This document shows positions 51,541 to 64,000 of a stretch of 64,000 bases of DNA, one piece after another. The translations under genes were made by a program, and so were the position numbers. This DNA comes from Lama glama (Eukaryota), in assembly GCA_028534125.1 (NCBI GenBank), contig CM052832.1, positions 22,508,001-22,572,000 of the forward strand, in the 5' to 3' direction. How positions within the stretch are numbered: the first letter of the stretch is position 1; every line of letters starts with the position of its first letter. The notes beneath the pieces were generated by a model that saw only the letters and a list, made by a program, of their open reading frames with translations, searched no databases and was not told the DNA's origin.

Positions 51541-53439
51541 GAGCTATCTTTGGTTAAAACTGAATTTGCCTAGACTCTGATAGCCATGAGGAAATGGGGA
51601 AGAATTGGTAAATCCCTTGGGCAGAGTTTCGGTGGCTCTGGGTGGGTGGTGCTGATGGTGGGTGTGGATAAACAAATGGTCCTGCCTGTTGGCTGGAGTT
51701 TATTCTGGCCACTTTCAAAGCAGAGAACTTCTTAGCCATATTTTGGGGAGATCTGTTCATTTGTGAGGAAGGAAAGACGTTTTTTCCTTGATGGTCAGAA
51801 GTTGGCAACTACCTCTTTTTGCGAAACGGTACATCTTAAAATACCAAACCAAACAAAAATAAGCAGAAACTCAAAGTACTTTTAAAATATAAGAATTTTT
51901 TTCACGCACGAGAAACTCGGTTCTCTGGGTTTCTACTGGGGAGGTGTTTTGATGTTCCCCTCTTTACTTCTTTAAAAATAACCTTTTGTATTCTTGTACT
52001 GGTGAAAAGTACCTTTGATTCTCACTTGGCCTCTTCCACTGAATTGGAAAATTTAGTTCCATTCTCTTAGCAGGTAAATAGCCTTAAAACCATTCATGGT
52101 TCTGTCAGGGTAGAGGAGAGCTGAAAAGCATTACATATGTTCCAAGTTAAGAGAGGCCAGTCTTTTGCTGTTTTCAAGTGGTTCCTTCCCCTCCCTTCTC
52201 CTATTAAGGGCTCCACCACAATGAAGCTTTAATCAGCTTCATTGATTTAAAGCTAATTTGCACTTGGCTTCAAGGTTAAGGTCCACAGCACAAGCTGAAG
52301 ACCTTTAAATCAGAAGTCAGAATGAAAAGCCTTAGGTATATCATATTGTCGGCTGTGCATAAGAATGACAGCCCTTGATGGCTGTGAATTAACTATTGGG
52401 GAAAAAAGGCACAAAGCCAATTTTTCTTCTGTGTTAATATAACCTCTGCTAGCTGGGTAACACAGCATTGCTATCAGCGTTTCTGCTTCATCATGTAAAT
52501 TGATGGAGTTGGCTGAAAATACTTTGGTATTGTGATGTTTGCAGCCATCAATTTCTGCTTGGTTTCAGTTGGATCTCAACCTAATTGCCAAACTGATTCA
52601 ATCTGTAATAACTTTTAACATTTATTTTTCCCAAAGGGAAAAAAATGTCTTGTCTGTATTCTGCAATTAAGAAGGTGATGAAATATTCAGTGTATGTCTC
52701 CACTCTGACTAAATTCTTTTGTTAACTTTATCAGATAAACTATAAAATATTAACCAGGCTCACTGTTTGAGCATGTGCAGATGGCATAATATTTACCAGG
52801 CCTATTTTCAATACACATTTAATTTTATAAATTGAATTAACTATTACATGGCTAATTTTTTCCTCTCTTTTCCAAGTGGATGCAACAAGCAACCGTGTTG
52901 CTGGCTGTATGTACTAGGCTAGAACATTTGCGGGTAATTACATAAGCCTAGCTGTGTATATAATAAATAACATTTTCTCCAAACTTAACCACACGAAATC
53001 AAATCAAGCAGAAATAATGCTATTTTCTAAGCAAAATTATGCTGAGTCGCAATGTGCAGGTTCTTTGCTCTTTTTTTTTTTTTGGACAGCTTAGTTTTTC
53101 AAATTTTCTGGAACATTTAAATAGGTAAGTTAATTTTAGCCACCTCTCTTATCCACCGTGCAACTGACCTTAAATACCGTAGCCCTCTCCTCTCTGCTGT
53201 TACCAGATGCGCTAATTTAATAGCCACAGAAAACTTCAAGCAGATTTTCTCAGAATGTGGTTTGGACTGAATCAGCGTCGAATTCTAAGTCATGATATAA
53301 AGCTCATTCTAATTGAGAACAACGAAAACCCCCTTTTTAAAAGAAAAAAAAAACTAATGAGCAAAAGGCTTGGTTATTGGTAAGCTGAAAATGCCTAAAT
53401 GGGTCCGCCTCACTGATCACAGATTCCTATAAAGCTGTG

Positions 53440-53830
53440 CTTCGTTCATTGCCCTCAAGGATCTCATGATCTCTTTAGTTAAGGGGAAAAATGTGAAAGG
53501 AAGCAGTTACAATCCAGTGTGACACATGTTATATCAGAGGTGCACAGTAGGGACTGGAGAAAGGAGGGTATAGGGTGTGTGGTTGATTTTGGGAGTCAGG
53601 GATAATGTGATGGAGGAGATAAACAATTTAGCTGCGATTTCAGTGGCCGTCTATGTGAACAAGGCGCATACAAAGTAGAAAGGGCATTCTAGACAAAGGG
53701 AACAGATATGTGAAGTGATTTCATGTTTGAATGCCACAGCAGATGTGTGAAAATGCACAAGGTATGAAGTAAGGCGAGTAGGAGAAGAAATGAGGGTGGT
53801 TGCAGCCCAGACCACAGAGGTGGTATTAAC
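53440..53830 (-). mobile_element. L2 fragment
   Basis: tgccctcaaggatctc...gcagttacaatccagtgtg...gaagggcattctagacaaagggaacag. Confidence 0.6.
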
Positions 53831-55939
53831 TGGACCTGTTGATGCTGTGATTCTGTGGTTCATGCCGCCACAGGAGCAGGATGTGCTGGAGCTGTGTGAC
53901 GACAGGCGAAAGGCAAGCGGTGGAGAGGACAGAGTCAGGGATGAATGGGACTGAGTTCCTTGAGGTCCCCAGAAATTACTTAGAGAGCTTCATCCTAGGT
54001 GCTGAATGGAATTCAGCTATGAGCAGGAAGGGGAGGGCCTGGTGTTCAGAACAATTCATTTGGAAAATGGGACCTTATTTTATAACACGAGTTGGTGAAC
54101 AGGGACTCAAGAGCAACACGCGTGAATCTTTTTCAAGTGTATACCAACTTCCAAGTTGTGGGATCTAACTCAGTCATGTTCACTGTGCACTCAAGAGCGT
54201 CTCTGAGTGTCCCTCATTCGCCCTCCCCTATTAATTGATTATAAACATAATTGCTGGAAGTGTCATACGCTGTAAAGTGATCACTTCCAAAAAAGAGCCA
54301 GCAATTCCACCCATGATGAGGAGTTTGTGGTTAAGCTCAGAAAACTCGAGTCTTTTCCGAAGTGAAGAGGTGTGTGGGTGCGATGAGGGTTGCAGAGGTG
54401 AAAAAAGAAGCCTGGAGAGCTTTCACCGGAGATGGGGGCTCAAAGCATGAGCACATCATCTTTTAAATAACAAAAGTGTTAAGTTAATCCAAAGAACACA
54501 ATTTAGCATTAGCAGGGATGGCTGCAGATGCAAAGAGGCTGCCTTCCACACTGAGGCAATGTCTTGCATGTACTTATTCTAGAACGTATCAGTCCATAGT
54601 AGCGTTGACAGCCCACTTCAATTTCTACGTGTATGTTAAAACACGTTTCGTAGATAAACTGAGACGATAATAATGGGTTATCTCAAGTGAGGGAGGGAGA
54701 TGAAGCTAAAAAGACATGAGTCAGAGAAGTGCAAGGCAGAACTAGGTTGAAGCTAGAATTTGTTCACACAGAGGAGCAGGGATGCGCACAAGGGCTGAAT
54801 TCCCCCCAAAGCAAAACCATGTGCTTGGGGAAGCGTTGTTTGGACATCAGCATATATTTACACCATATGACATTTAAAACATGAGTTTTTAAATCCTGAG
54901 GTAACTAAGATCATCAACCACTCTCACGTTCAGTTATTCAGAACGTTGTTGGCACCATCTTCATCGTCATCCTCAAGGCAGCCCCGGGCAAAACTGTTTA
55001 CAAGACTGAGATTCAGCACCAGACCTAGGCTCTCCTTCCAAGTCCTTCTCTGATTTTAGTTGTGATTGCTGCCCACTTAGGGCTCGGACAATCCCCTGTG
55101 GACATCTACTCTAGGAAAAACAAGCAAATGGACTCACACTGAGGTGTTAAAATGTGAGAAGTTTCATTTTAACTCTCTGTACCGAGCATTTACATGATCG
55201 GTGAGGGCAGAGCCTTTCACTAAAAGGTGGGCATTGGCTTGGCTGTTCAGGCTTCAGCTAGTTCAGGGAAGGAAGTGCTAGAAGGTGTTGATTTTTTCCT
55301 TCACTCCAGAGCTCACATCATGCGCAGTCCTCTGCTGTTCTTACCACGTTCGTCACCTCTTATCTATGTTGTAACAACAGCTTTCTGGTTAGTCCTTTCC
55401 TTTTTTAAGCCTCTCCCCATAATAGGACCCAGTAACCTAAAATATTATTCAGCGTGTGTGTCAAGGTCATAGTCAAATTGCCACCTCCCTCAAGAGCTGC
55501 TAATTGTCCATTAGGACAAATAGGAATGTTTCAAACCTAGTGACTGTTGAAGATTCTTCTTCAGCTACTGTGGATAGCCCCTTTTATCCTGCCTCATTTC
55601 TCTACATTGTCCAAGCTCACCTTTAGCCTCTTAAAGCCCCAAATTCCCCTGTGGTCTCACATTTGCCACCATGTTTCCTTGAACCCATGTCTGTCATTTC
55701 AGAATACAGGCTCATGTAACTACCGTCTTCTCTTTCTAACCCTGCCCATCCTGATCACTTACTTTTTCTGTACAGTTTTATGACTTTCTTTGATGGCTTA
55801 TAACTAGGGACTCCTGATGAGTTGCTTTGGATGTGCAGTCTCTAGTATCGCTGCTGGCTTGTGGTTCTTAGTAAACAAGGATTGAGCAGCAGCATCATGG
55901 CAGTTTCTTTTTCTAGAGCCCTTACCACAAGCTAGACGT

Positions 55940-56040
55940 CTTTCATACATTATTAATAGTCCCACCAGGAAGTTGTCGTTATTCCTACTTTGTAAATCAG
56001 AAAACTGAGGCAAAGCAGTACGTGGCAGAGCGGGGTTATC
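55940..56040 (-). mobile_element. MIR fragment
   Basis: ttattcctactttgtaaatcagaaaactgaggc. Confidence 0.55.
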
Positions 56041-57269
56041 AGACCCTCCTCTCTTTGTTGAAACACTTGCGTGTTGTTCACATTTTTACTGGTCTGTGTA
56101 GGGAGAAGGCTTGCTTTTGTTGTCAGGGATTTCTTTTGGGTCTTGAACGCCTAATAAACATGAATTTCTTAGGACCTGCCCTTTAAAATAAAAAATTGAA
56201 GATTTGGATACTATTAACGTGACAGGCATTTGCAAGCACTGCTTAATTCATCTCACATCAGTCTCTGGTCACATGATAGTAATATAATTTCACCCAATTA
56301 CAGCCACACAAGAAACTGACAACCTGATGCCCTGGGAACTGAGTCCTGTGGTTCAATTCCCCAACCCTCGTTTTGAAGATTTATGCTATCATATCATGAA
56401 CATGTATCCGATAGCGTCAAAAATACAAAACCGTAGTTATTACATAGTTCTACTTATTGATCACCTATTGACATACAGTCAGACTAGTCTTTGTCAAGCC
56501 AAGGATGAACTAGGAGATAAAATTAAAAGGAGTAAAATCTAACACTTTAATTGCATTTGTGGCTGAGGGACCCACATTATACAGCAACCAGCGTGTAACA
56601 TGTTCCATGATTTACCTTGCTGATAATTGCTTTGCACTCCTAATAAATTAACCCACAGAAAATCCATTCATCTGCATCTTCTTTTTATGCAGAGCTGGAG
56701 GAAAAAGGACCAGTATAGCAATTTGAGTGGCAATCATGCACTGATTGTAGCAAAGAAAGTAGCGTGGTGAGAGTCTCAAGCATTCTGAAAGCATTTCTTT
56801 GTAAGAAAAGAGGAAGGAAAAAAGAAGAGAGGGCTTTTGTTAATTAAGGTTTTTTTTTATTGGTCTTACTCGCTATGGAGAATATATTATATTCTAGGTC
56901 AAAATGCTTGTTTAATGCAGTATATTTCCAGCCAGATGTTTTATTTTCATATCATTAATTTATTTTCTTTAAATATTCCTAGAAAATTCTCATTGTTCTA
57001 TGTAAGATTCCTGGAAGGAAAAATGTATAAATATGTTACTGTATTCCTAAGGGGTCCCTTCCCTAAATATTATTCCACAGTAAATCTCATACTTCAAGCT
57101 GCTCAGGTTTATTTTTGTTGTTGCTAGACTCTGTAATCAAAATCATTTTGTAATACTTTTCTTTTATTCTAATACATCATGCGCTTTTAATACTTTATGT
57201 TCTGCTTAGTGCCTTGATACCGCTTAGCTTACCTGACCCTCATAGTCAACACGGTACAGTGGGAAGAAA

Positions 57270-57425
57270 GTTGGAGGAGTGAGGAGATGGGACTTCTAGT
57301 TTCCACCCTGCCACTAAAGTGGGCTTAATACTGGCTGTATTGTTTTATTTGAGTCTCGGTTTTCTTTATCTTAACATAAGGTGATTATAGGAGTTGATCT
57401 CTAAGGCCCTTTACAAATTCCAGGA
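57270..57425 (+). mobile_element. MIR/MIR3 fragment
   Basis: ttctagtttccaccctgccactaa...tgagtctcggttttctttatct...gatctctaaggccctttac. Confidence 0.6.
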
Positions 57426-57669
57426 TGTTCAGAAAAAATCTTGTGGGTGATTAAGGGTCACAGAAACAAGTGATGTTCCCAGTTTCCTAAAGGTGGGAGC
57501 GGGGAGGAGAAGGGCAAGAGCTGCTTCTGCTTCCAGCAGTGTGGCAGACTTGATACCCTGACTGACCTTCCTGCAGCAAACAACTAACAGTGCTGCTTAG
57601 TGTAGTTTTCTTAAAATGGTCTTTAGATGCATCAATTAACTGGCAAGAAAATGATGATCTGGTTGGTGG

Positions 57670-57858
57670 AGAGTTGCCAGAAAAAATACAGGAAATATAG
57701 TTATGTTTGAATTTCAGATACACAGTGAATACCTCTTCAGTATGAGTATATCCCAGATACTACATGGGATATACGTATACTAAAAATTATTTGCTGTTTA
57801 TCTAAAATTCAAATTTAGTTGGGCATCCTGTATTTTATTTGCTAACTCTGGCACCCTA
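57670..57858. mobile_element. MER53 palindromic MITE
   Basis: Termini agagttgccag and ctggcacccta. Whole-element inverted symmetry (aaaatacagga/tcctgtatttt, tttgaatttcagata/tatctaaaattcaaa). Confidence 0.85.
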
Positions 57859-58539
57859 CTCAGAGGCTAAAAACTAAGTGAAAGCAGAAATCCAGAGAAG
57901 TAAACTAGAACTGAAACTGCCTTCACAGTGAAGGTATTTGCTGAGTCCAGATAACCTTGAGCTCTGGTTTTTCCATTCCCACAGAAGAGGGGAGAGAAGG
58001 GGAACTTAATAGGAGACCCATGGAATAAAACTGGGATCCCCAAAGACAACCCCCTCACTGTTTAGGGAACTAGAATTAAACTTGGTCCCTGTCCTGAATT
58101 GTATGTGTGGAAGAGGGTAGTGTTGATAGCAGTAAAAGTTTCTTATCTCAAACCTTAGTGTTCACTGGGAGAAAGAGAGGAAGTCCACCCTGAGAGTTCA
58201 TATCTGAATTATATACCTTGATAATCTCAAACTCAAGGCAGTAATTTAACTTAAAGGAAATCTTAGTTAACAGGGTGACCAGGCATCTGGGCTAAGCAAA
58301 GGCAAATCCTTGGAAAAATCAACCCAGGTCCCAGAAAATTCCCATGTACAAATATCCAAGGAAGATAAGCTCACATACAGAACAAAACATACAAGGAAAT
58401 CTGGCACTATGAATGAGAGCAGAAACAAAGGTCAGCAGAATCCCAAAGACTTCAAATATTGGCATTATCAGGGAGTATAGAATGTATACTGCCAATATGC
58501 CTCAAGAGATAAAAAGGAGAATACGTACAAGTCAGAATG

Positions 58540-59410
58540 AAGAAGGCAAGCAGCACAGTACAGAAATGGACAAAAGACCTGAGCAGGTACTTCACAGAAG
58601 AAACGTGAATGGTCTATAAACAAATGAAAAGATGCTCACTCTCCTTAGTTTTCAAGGAAAATGCAAATCGAAGCCACAGTGAAATACCATTTCACACTCA
58701 GCAGACAGGCAAAACTTAGGGGGTCGACAAGAACAACTTTGGTAAGTCTGGAGCAACCCTAACATTTACAGACTGCAGGAGGAACGCACGTTTCTCCAAG
58801 CACTTTGGAACATCACTGCGCGTTTTCTAGGAAAGTTGATGGTAGGCATTCCCTACAAGCCAGCACATCTACTTGTACGTATACATCCTTGGGAAATTCT
58901 TGCACCAGGAGAAAGATTAGAAAAATCTTTAAAATGGCAATTTTTATACTAGCTAAAAGAGCTGGAAGCAATGCAAATGTCCATGAAAATTAGCATAGGT
59001 AAATACATTGTGATGCAGTCACACCAAGGACAAATGTATCCCTATACACAGAATGGTTTAAAGGGATGAACTGCGACTACAAGCAGTGACTTGTGATCAG
59101 AAATGTAATGTTGAGTGAAGAAAGCAAGTCACATAAGACTCTAGATGAATACAGAAAAATCCACGTTGCAGAGGTGCACATGAGCAATACGTGGTTGAGG
59201 TATGCGAATTGTGCGGTAACACTACGAAGAAACGGGAATGATAGACACGAAAGTCAAGAGAGTAGTTACTTGTGCCGAGAGAAGCAGGGGCACCAGAGAT
59301 GACAGCAGTGCTCTGCTGCTTTAACTGGGTGGTGGATATATAGGTCTGAATTTTTCTGTGATTCTTTGTACTACAAATATTTATTAATGTTCTTTTGCAT
59401 CTATTCAGTA
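58540..59410 (+). mobile_element. Old L1 (L1ME-like) ORF2 end and 3' UTR
   Basis: atggacaaaagacctgagcaggtacttcacagaag...aaaagatgctcactctcc...atgcaaatcgaagccacagtgaaataccatttcacac...taatgttgagtgaagaaagcaagtc. Confidence 0.8.
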
Positions 59411-59799
59411 TTTTAAAAGGCAGTTACCTTTTAAATGGCAATTTTCTTGGACTGAAAACCGAGTTTCCGACCCCTGTTGCAGTGTTTAGTCTAGTGCACT
59501 ATGTACTTGGTCGCTGGCTTTTCTCTATTTTGTGTATTGCAGAGCAGTTAATTACACACACATATACCCCCATTATGGTTATTGTATGATAGTTGCTTTT
59601 CAGTTCTTGATCCTTCTGCTCGTGTACCATGCTTTCCGAATGCAAACCTTTTACTGCTTTTCAAACTAAGTTTCACTGTGTTCAGAGTGTTCCTTGAGAA
59701 TGAAAAACATTAATTAAAGCTGGGGTTATGGAAAAGCAATCTGTAATACAAATGGAAAAGGGATGTTCTGCTGAAAAGTCTGAAAGAGCTAGCAGCTGG

Positions 59800-60005
59800 G
59801 ACAGTACAGTGTAATGGTTAGAGGTGCAGGTTTAAAAGTCAGACACATGTGAGTTTTAATCCTGCTCCACTTGTGTACTCAAAGGTGGACTTTGGTGTGT
59901 CGTTGACTTTAAGCCTTTGATTCTGCACAATGTTTAGGATTATGTAGACTGTTATAGGGACAGCATTTATTTGGGTGTGTAGTAGAACTCAGTATCAGAT
60001 AATTG
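59800..60005 (+). mobile_element. MIR SINE
   Basis: The 5' end acagtacagtgtaatggttagaggtgcaggtttaaaagtcagac matches the MIR head. Confidence 0.7.
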
Positions 60006-60016
60006 ATAGCTGTCAA

Positions 60017-60080
60017 TATTATTATTATTATCATTATTATTATTATTACTATTACTATTACTATTATTATTATTATTATA
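60017..60080. repeat. (TAT/TAC)n trinucleotide repeat
   Basis: Directly visible imperfect ATT/ACT repeat. Confidence 0.9.
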
Positions 60081-63039
60081 TAAGAAAGCCACAGAGTTAC
60101 CATGTAGAGCTGAGGGAAATGAAAATTTATCTTTAAAGTAGCTTTTATTACAAGCATAAAACTGTCAGCTTTCATCTGTTTCACAGGGCATTTCCCATCC
60201 TTGCCACGTGCTTACCATCTGACCTGCCCTTTCGTAATCTCATTTTTCTCACTTGAAATCTGATGCTGATGGTGCTGATACTGTCCATTTGCATTTCGCT
60301 GGTTTTTTGTGACTCTCCAATGGGGTGATATATAGAAAAACTTATTAAATAAAAATGCTGTTATTATTATTTTATTCTAAGAAACATTTTGGGAAGTACA
60401 TTCTCTGTAGTTTTCCAGGAACAAAAAGGCCAGTGCTCCGGTTTTCAATGTGTGTGATTATCTTTTCATGACCTCTGGTTGTTACCGTTTCAACTGCATA
60501 AAAGTGGTTGTATAAAATGTCACGTAGCAACATGTCCTGTAGCAACATGTCCCGTCTGCTTAGCAACAGAAAGAAGAGAGGTAACAAAACATTGGAACAG
60601 AGAACCTATGAAAACTAGAGTGAAAAAAAAGTCTCAAATCCTAAAACTTACCAAAAAATTTTTTTTCCTCTAAAAGCAAAACCAAACCCTGATGTTGTTT
60701 GATGGAAAGAAAATCTCCCAAGCCCCTTAACAGTGCTGAATTCATTTGTGTTACGAACCTCATCGTGTATTTCATTTAAATGGCAAAACTTTAAAGTGTC
60801 ACCGTAATCTAGATGACTTCCTTAGCCTCTGCGTGATCGATCTGAGGGAAGAGGAATAAAATACCCTCTAGGAGAAAAATTCTCCTGTATGGCAAATTAA
60901 CTTCCCAGAACATCAGGGTACAATTTAGTGCTCTGTAAGAAGTGATTTATTAAATGGTGTCAGGATGAGTTAATTTATTTCATAGCAGCGAGTAGCTTGC
61001 TACAGGAGAATTGTTTACTCACCTTAGGTACTTCGGTGTAAATTCATTATAGGTTTGCTCCTCCTGGGGCTAAAGGGCCAGCCCACTGCTGCTGTAACGA
61101 TGGATAATTATACTGCACAACTTCTGCATTATTCTGTTTATCAGCTGATGGACCACTGCTCTTAAAAGGTGTTCCCTCTCTTTTGATACAGATGAAGGAG
61201 TTTTGAAGGCATTTATAAAGGTATTCTTCACTTAGCACTTTATTTCATCAATCCCAAAACGTCATTCACTGCAAGATGTATCATTATATGATGTACCAAG
61301 ACATAAAAGAAATACTGTTAATGAAACCCTGACACAATGTGTTCTTATTAAGAATTTTTATTTGATACTTTTTGAAATAATTCTTTAGAATTTTACCAAT
61401 ACAGATGTGTATATCACACAGTATTCTTACACATTCATAAAAAAGGGGAAATAGAAGTAATGTGTATTGATTAACATATACCAAAAGTACCTTCAGATTC
61501 AGATTTTGACCCTTGTGGATTATTTTTTCACTCAGAGCCATTTATACCCATCTTTTCCCACATGATGTTTGACTCTGCACATCAGGAGGACTAATGGCAA
61601 CAACCATAGCTCCTGTGCTTTCTCTAACGACCCTTATGTGTTTTCTGGACTGAAAACTAAGAAGTTGCAGTTCCCCAGTTAAGTCATTAGGAAAAAAAAA
61701 AAAATCAACTTAGCACATAAATAAACCAAGACAATTAACAGTCTGCCTCTGTTTGACAGTGATTTTAAGGTGCTGCTGACTCTAAGATGAACCTCTATTT
61801 TGAAAATACTAAAAATGAAAAAAGTGCATATTTGTATTGATGAAGCAGTATGGAGTTAAATTTTTTTTCTCTTGACTCTGTTATTGGTATGTTAACAATG
61901 TGAGTCTGTCAACGTATCATTTAGATGATGATTATTTGCATTCTTGTTAGTCTCATTATGAGTTGGTAAGAAGAGCTACATTTTAAGTATGTTTTTCTTA
62001 CTTTCCTTATACAGTAGGTAGCACAGTTGGGGTCCCCATCCTGAGCCCTTCTCGAACTTTCTCTACAATTGCAAACACCATGTATTGAGTACTTTCCAGT
62101 TGGTTGGAGCTGGCCTCCTCCACATTCACTTTGACTTTCTTCACCTGGGCCACTGATGCTGCTTGGAAATACCCTTTTCTTCCAAATGCAAAAGATGCGT
62201 ATTTTACTCGTTTGGCTTCCATAGATCTACTCTCTCAAAGGAGCCACTTGATTTCTCCAACTTCATCAAGTTTTCCATAAATAATGCAGCTCAAAGTGAT
62301 CATCATTCACCACTATCCTCCCCCTCCCCAGATAGTGCTACTTCTTAATTTGACACAGAAGAAAATTGTGGCCTAACTACAAAGTTGTGAAGAGACTTGA
62401 ATGCCCTCCTCAGGAACCAGTGAGTACTAAAGTAACCAGAGCAAGTGTTTTAATCCCTTAGACACCATTTCCCCGTGTATTTAATGAGAACAGTATATAC
62501 TCCATGGGGTTTTTGTAGATAAAAGTTATGCTTTTAGAGCATTTAGCTGAGGGCCTGATACATACTAGTTGCTTAATAAATTATAGCAGTTACTCTTAAC
62601 TGTTATCATGCATGCCGTATGGGCCATTGGAGGATTTTTTGTCTAAAACAATGAGAAGAAAACAGGTCGAGGTGAAGTTTACAGAGTATGTAGTGTTCGC
62701 AGTCAAACTCCAGAAAATGATGATAAATTAAACCAAGTTGCTCCGATAGGGCCACGAATGGATTTTGAGGCTTTCCTCTTGACAGAATTGTCATTTAAGT
62801 GTTTGTCTTGTGAATCCTTATTTAAGTCTGGCTGGATGGGGCTGAGTCATTCTTAAAGTGTTGTGGCTTCATTAGGAATTCAGCAGAACTGACTCCTGTT
62901 CTTAAATGCAGAGGGACATTGGTGAAGAAAATCACCCGTGCTTTAGAAATGCTCGCCCTATACCAGATAGGAGGAGAATGAAGAAATTTACAGACATCAT
63001 CTCTAGTCTTCTCAAGAGTCCTAGGAGAGTGGTATCTTT

Positions 63040-63145
63040 TTTATCTTACCCGTCAGCCAACTTTAAAGCCCAGAGAGGTGGAGAAACAGCTCATCCTGCG
63101 CCCAGACTTCGTAGGTGGCAGAACCAAAGTTTGAGATCTGTTGGC
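63040..63145 (-). mobile_element. MIR fragment
   Basis: aaagcccagagaggtg...gtaggtggcagaaccaaagtttgagatctg. Confidence 0.45.
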
Positions 63146-63539
63146 TGCGGGGCTGGCCCCCTCTCTCTGCACTTTGCCAAGTCTTACTGGTCCCTCTTTT
63201 CTAAGTTTATTTCAGGTCATCCTCCGTAGTCTGTTTCACACAGTTAGACTGGCGTTTGTCTTGAGGTTGATTTCATGACTGAAACGTTTCAATAATTTTT
63301 CTGCCCACCTGTTTAAACTCCAGTGAAATAAGCACAGGTGCATTGTCTACAATCTGGAAGTCCATTTTTTATTGATATTGTGGCAGAATTTTTAATCCAA
63401 ACCAAGAGAAGTCTGCTGCCATTAAGTTGTTCTCATCTTTGGAACTCTCCTGCAAAATCAGTGGTATATGTGCATGTGTATACACAGACGCACACATTAC
63501 AAAAATGAAACCAACCATTATCACTTAGAAACTTACAAA

Positions 63540-64000
63540 CACTTTCATATGTTAAAAACAGCTTTTCTAAAATATGATTTTAATGGTTACATGATATCCC
63601 ACTTAATCATCTATTTAAAGATAAAGATTTTTATCTTCAAGTAAGCCTTTAGTTTTAGATTTATGAATACAGTTACTGACTATTGTTATGTGTTATGTAC
63701 ATATCTATAATATTTCCTTAGGCTACGTTTTAAGACTGGAGTTAGGGTCAAAAGCATACATGCTTTTTTAAAGCCTTTAGTATATTGTGTTATACTGGCT
63801 TTGAGAGAAATTGCAAACTGTTTCCAGTTGAGACCCACTTTCCAGTGTCCTTGCCCATGGTGAGTGTTGTTATTTTCATGCATTATCAATTATATAAGTG
63901 AAAATAGCAGGTTATTGCTTAATTTTTATTTCATTCGTTATAAATGACATTCATATTTTCATATATAAACTATGTGCATTTCTTCTCTACATTTCTATGG
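63540..64000 (-). mobile_element. Old L1 (L1ME-like) fragment running off the window
   Basis: ctggagttagggtcaaaagcata...aattgcaaactgttttccag...tataagtgaaaatagc...tttttatttcattc. Confidence 0.65.

Noticed and set aside
54312..54370. Possible C/D snoRNA (ATGATGA box C)
   Set aside because: No properly spaced CTGA D box with a terminal stem
59909..60184. Poly-Ile hydrophobic ORF
   Set aside because: Translation of the (TAT)n microsatellite
1..64000. Naming the host gene or locus; prokaryotic-style systems (CRISPR, operons, defence islands)
   Set aside because: No coding exon could be recognised to anchor the locus, and the repeat content is unambiguously mammalian with no foreign gene-dense segment

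Overview
This is mammalian, non-coding, AT-rich genomic DNA, most likely from a camelid. The evidence is a tRNA-derived SINE at 19287-19427 that resembles camelid Vic-1-type SINEs, plus an artiodactyl/camelid-like L1 3' tail at about 47085-47254. I cannot support any intact protein-coding gene. The ORF track consists of chance ORFs, GC-bias ORFs over the CpG island, and decayed L1 ORF2 fragments. Much of the window is interspersed repeats: L1, L2, MIR, hAT-type MER elements, a MaLR LTR and a young ERV1-type solo LTR with a 4-bp TSD, several of them nested. Between these are repeat-poor, motif-rich blocks (about 8.7-11.5 kb, 13.4-16.2 kb and 52.1-53.4 kb) and one CpG island with promoter features (about 32.1-33.05 kb). 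Several + strand splice-site-bounded segments suggest a long intronic region of a lncRNA or of a gene with non-coding 5' exons, but I cannot name the locus. No novel biological system is supported. The most useful leads are regulatory elements, candidate non-coding exons and transposon history. Repeat subfamily names come from recalled consensus sequences and need RepeatMasker/Dfam confirmation. Repeat boundaries without TSDs are approximate.
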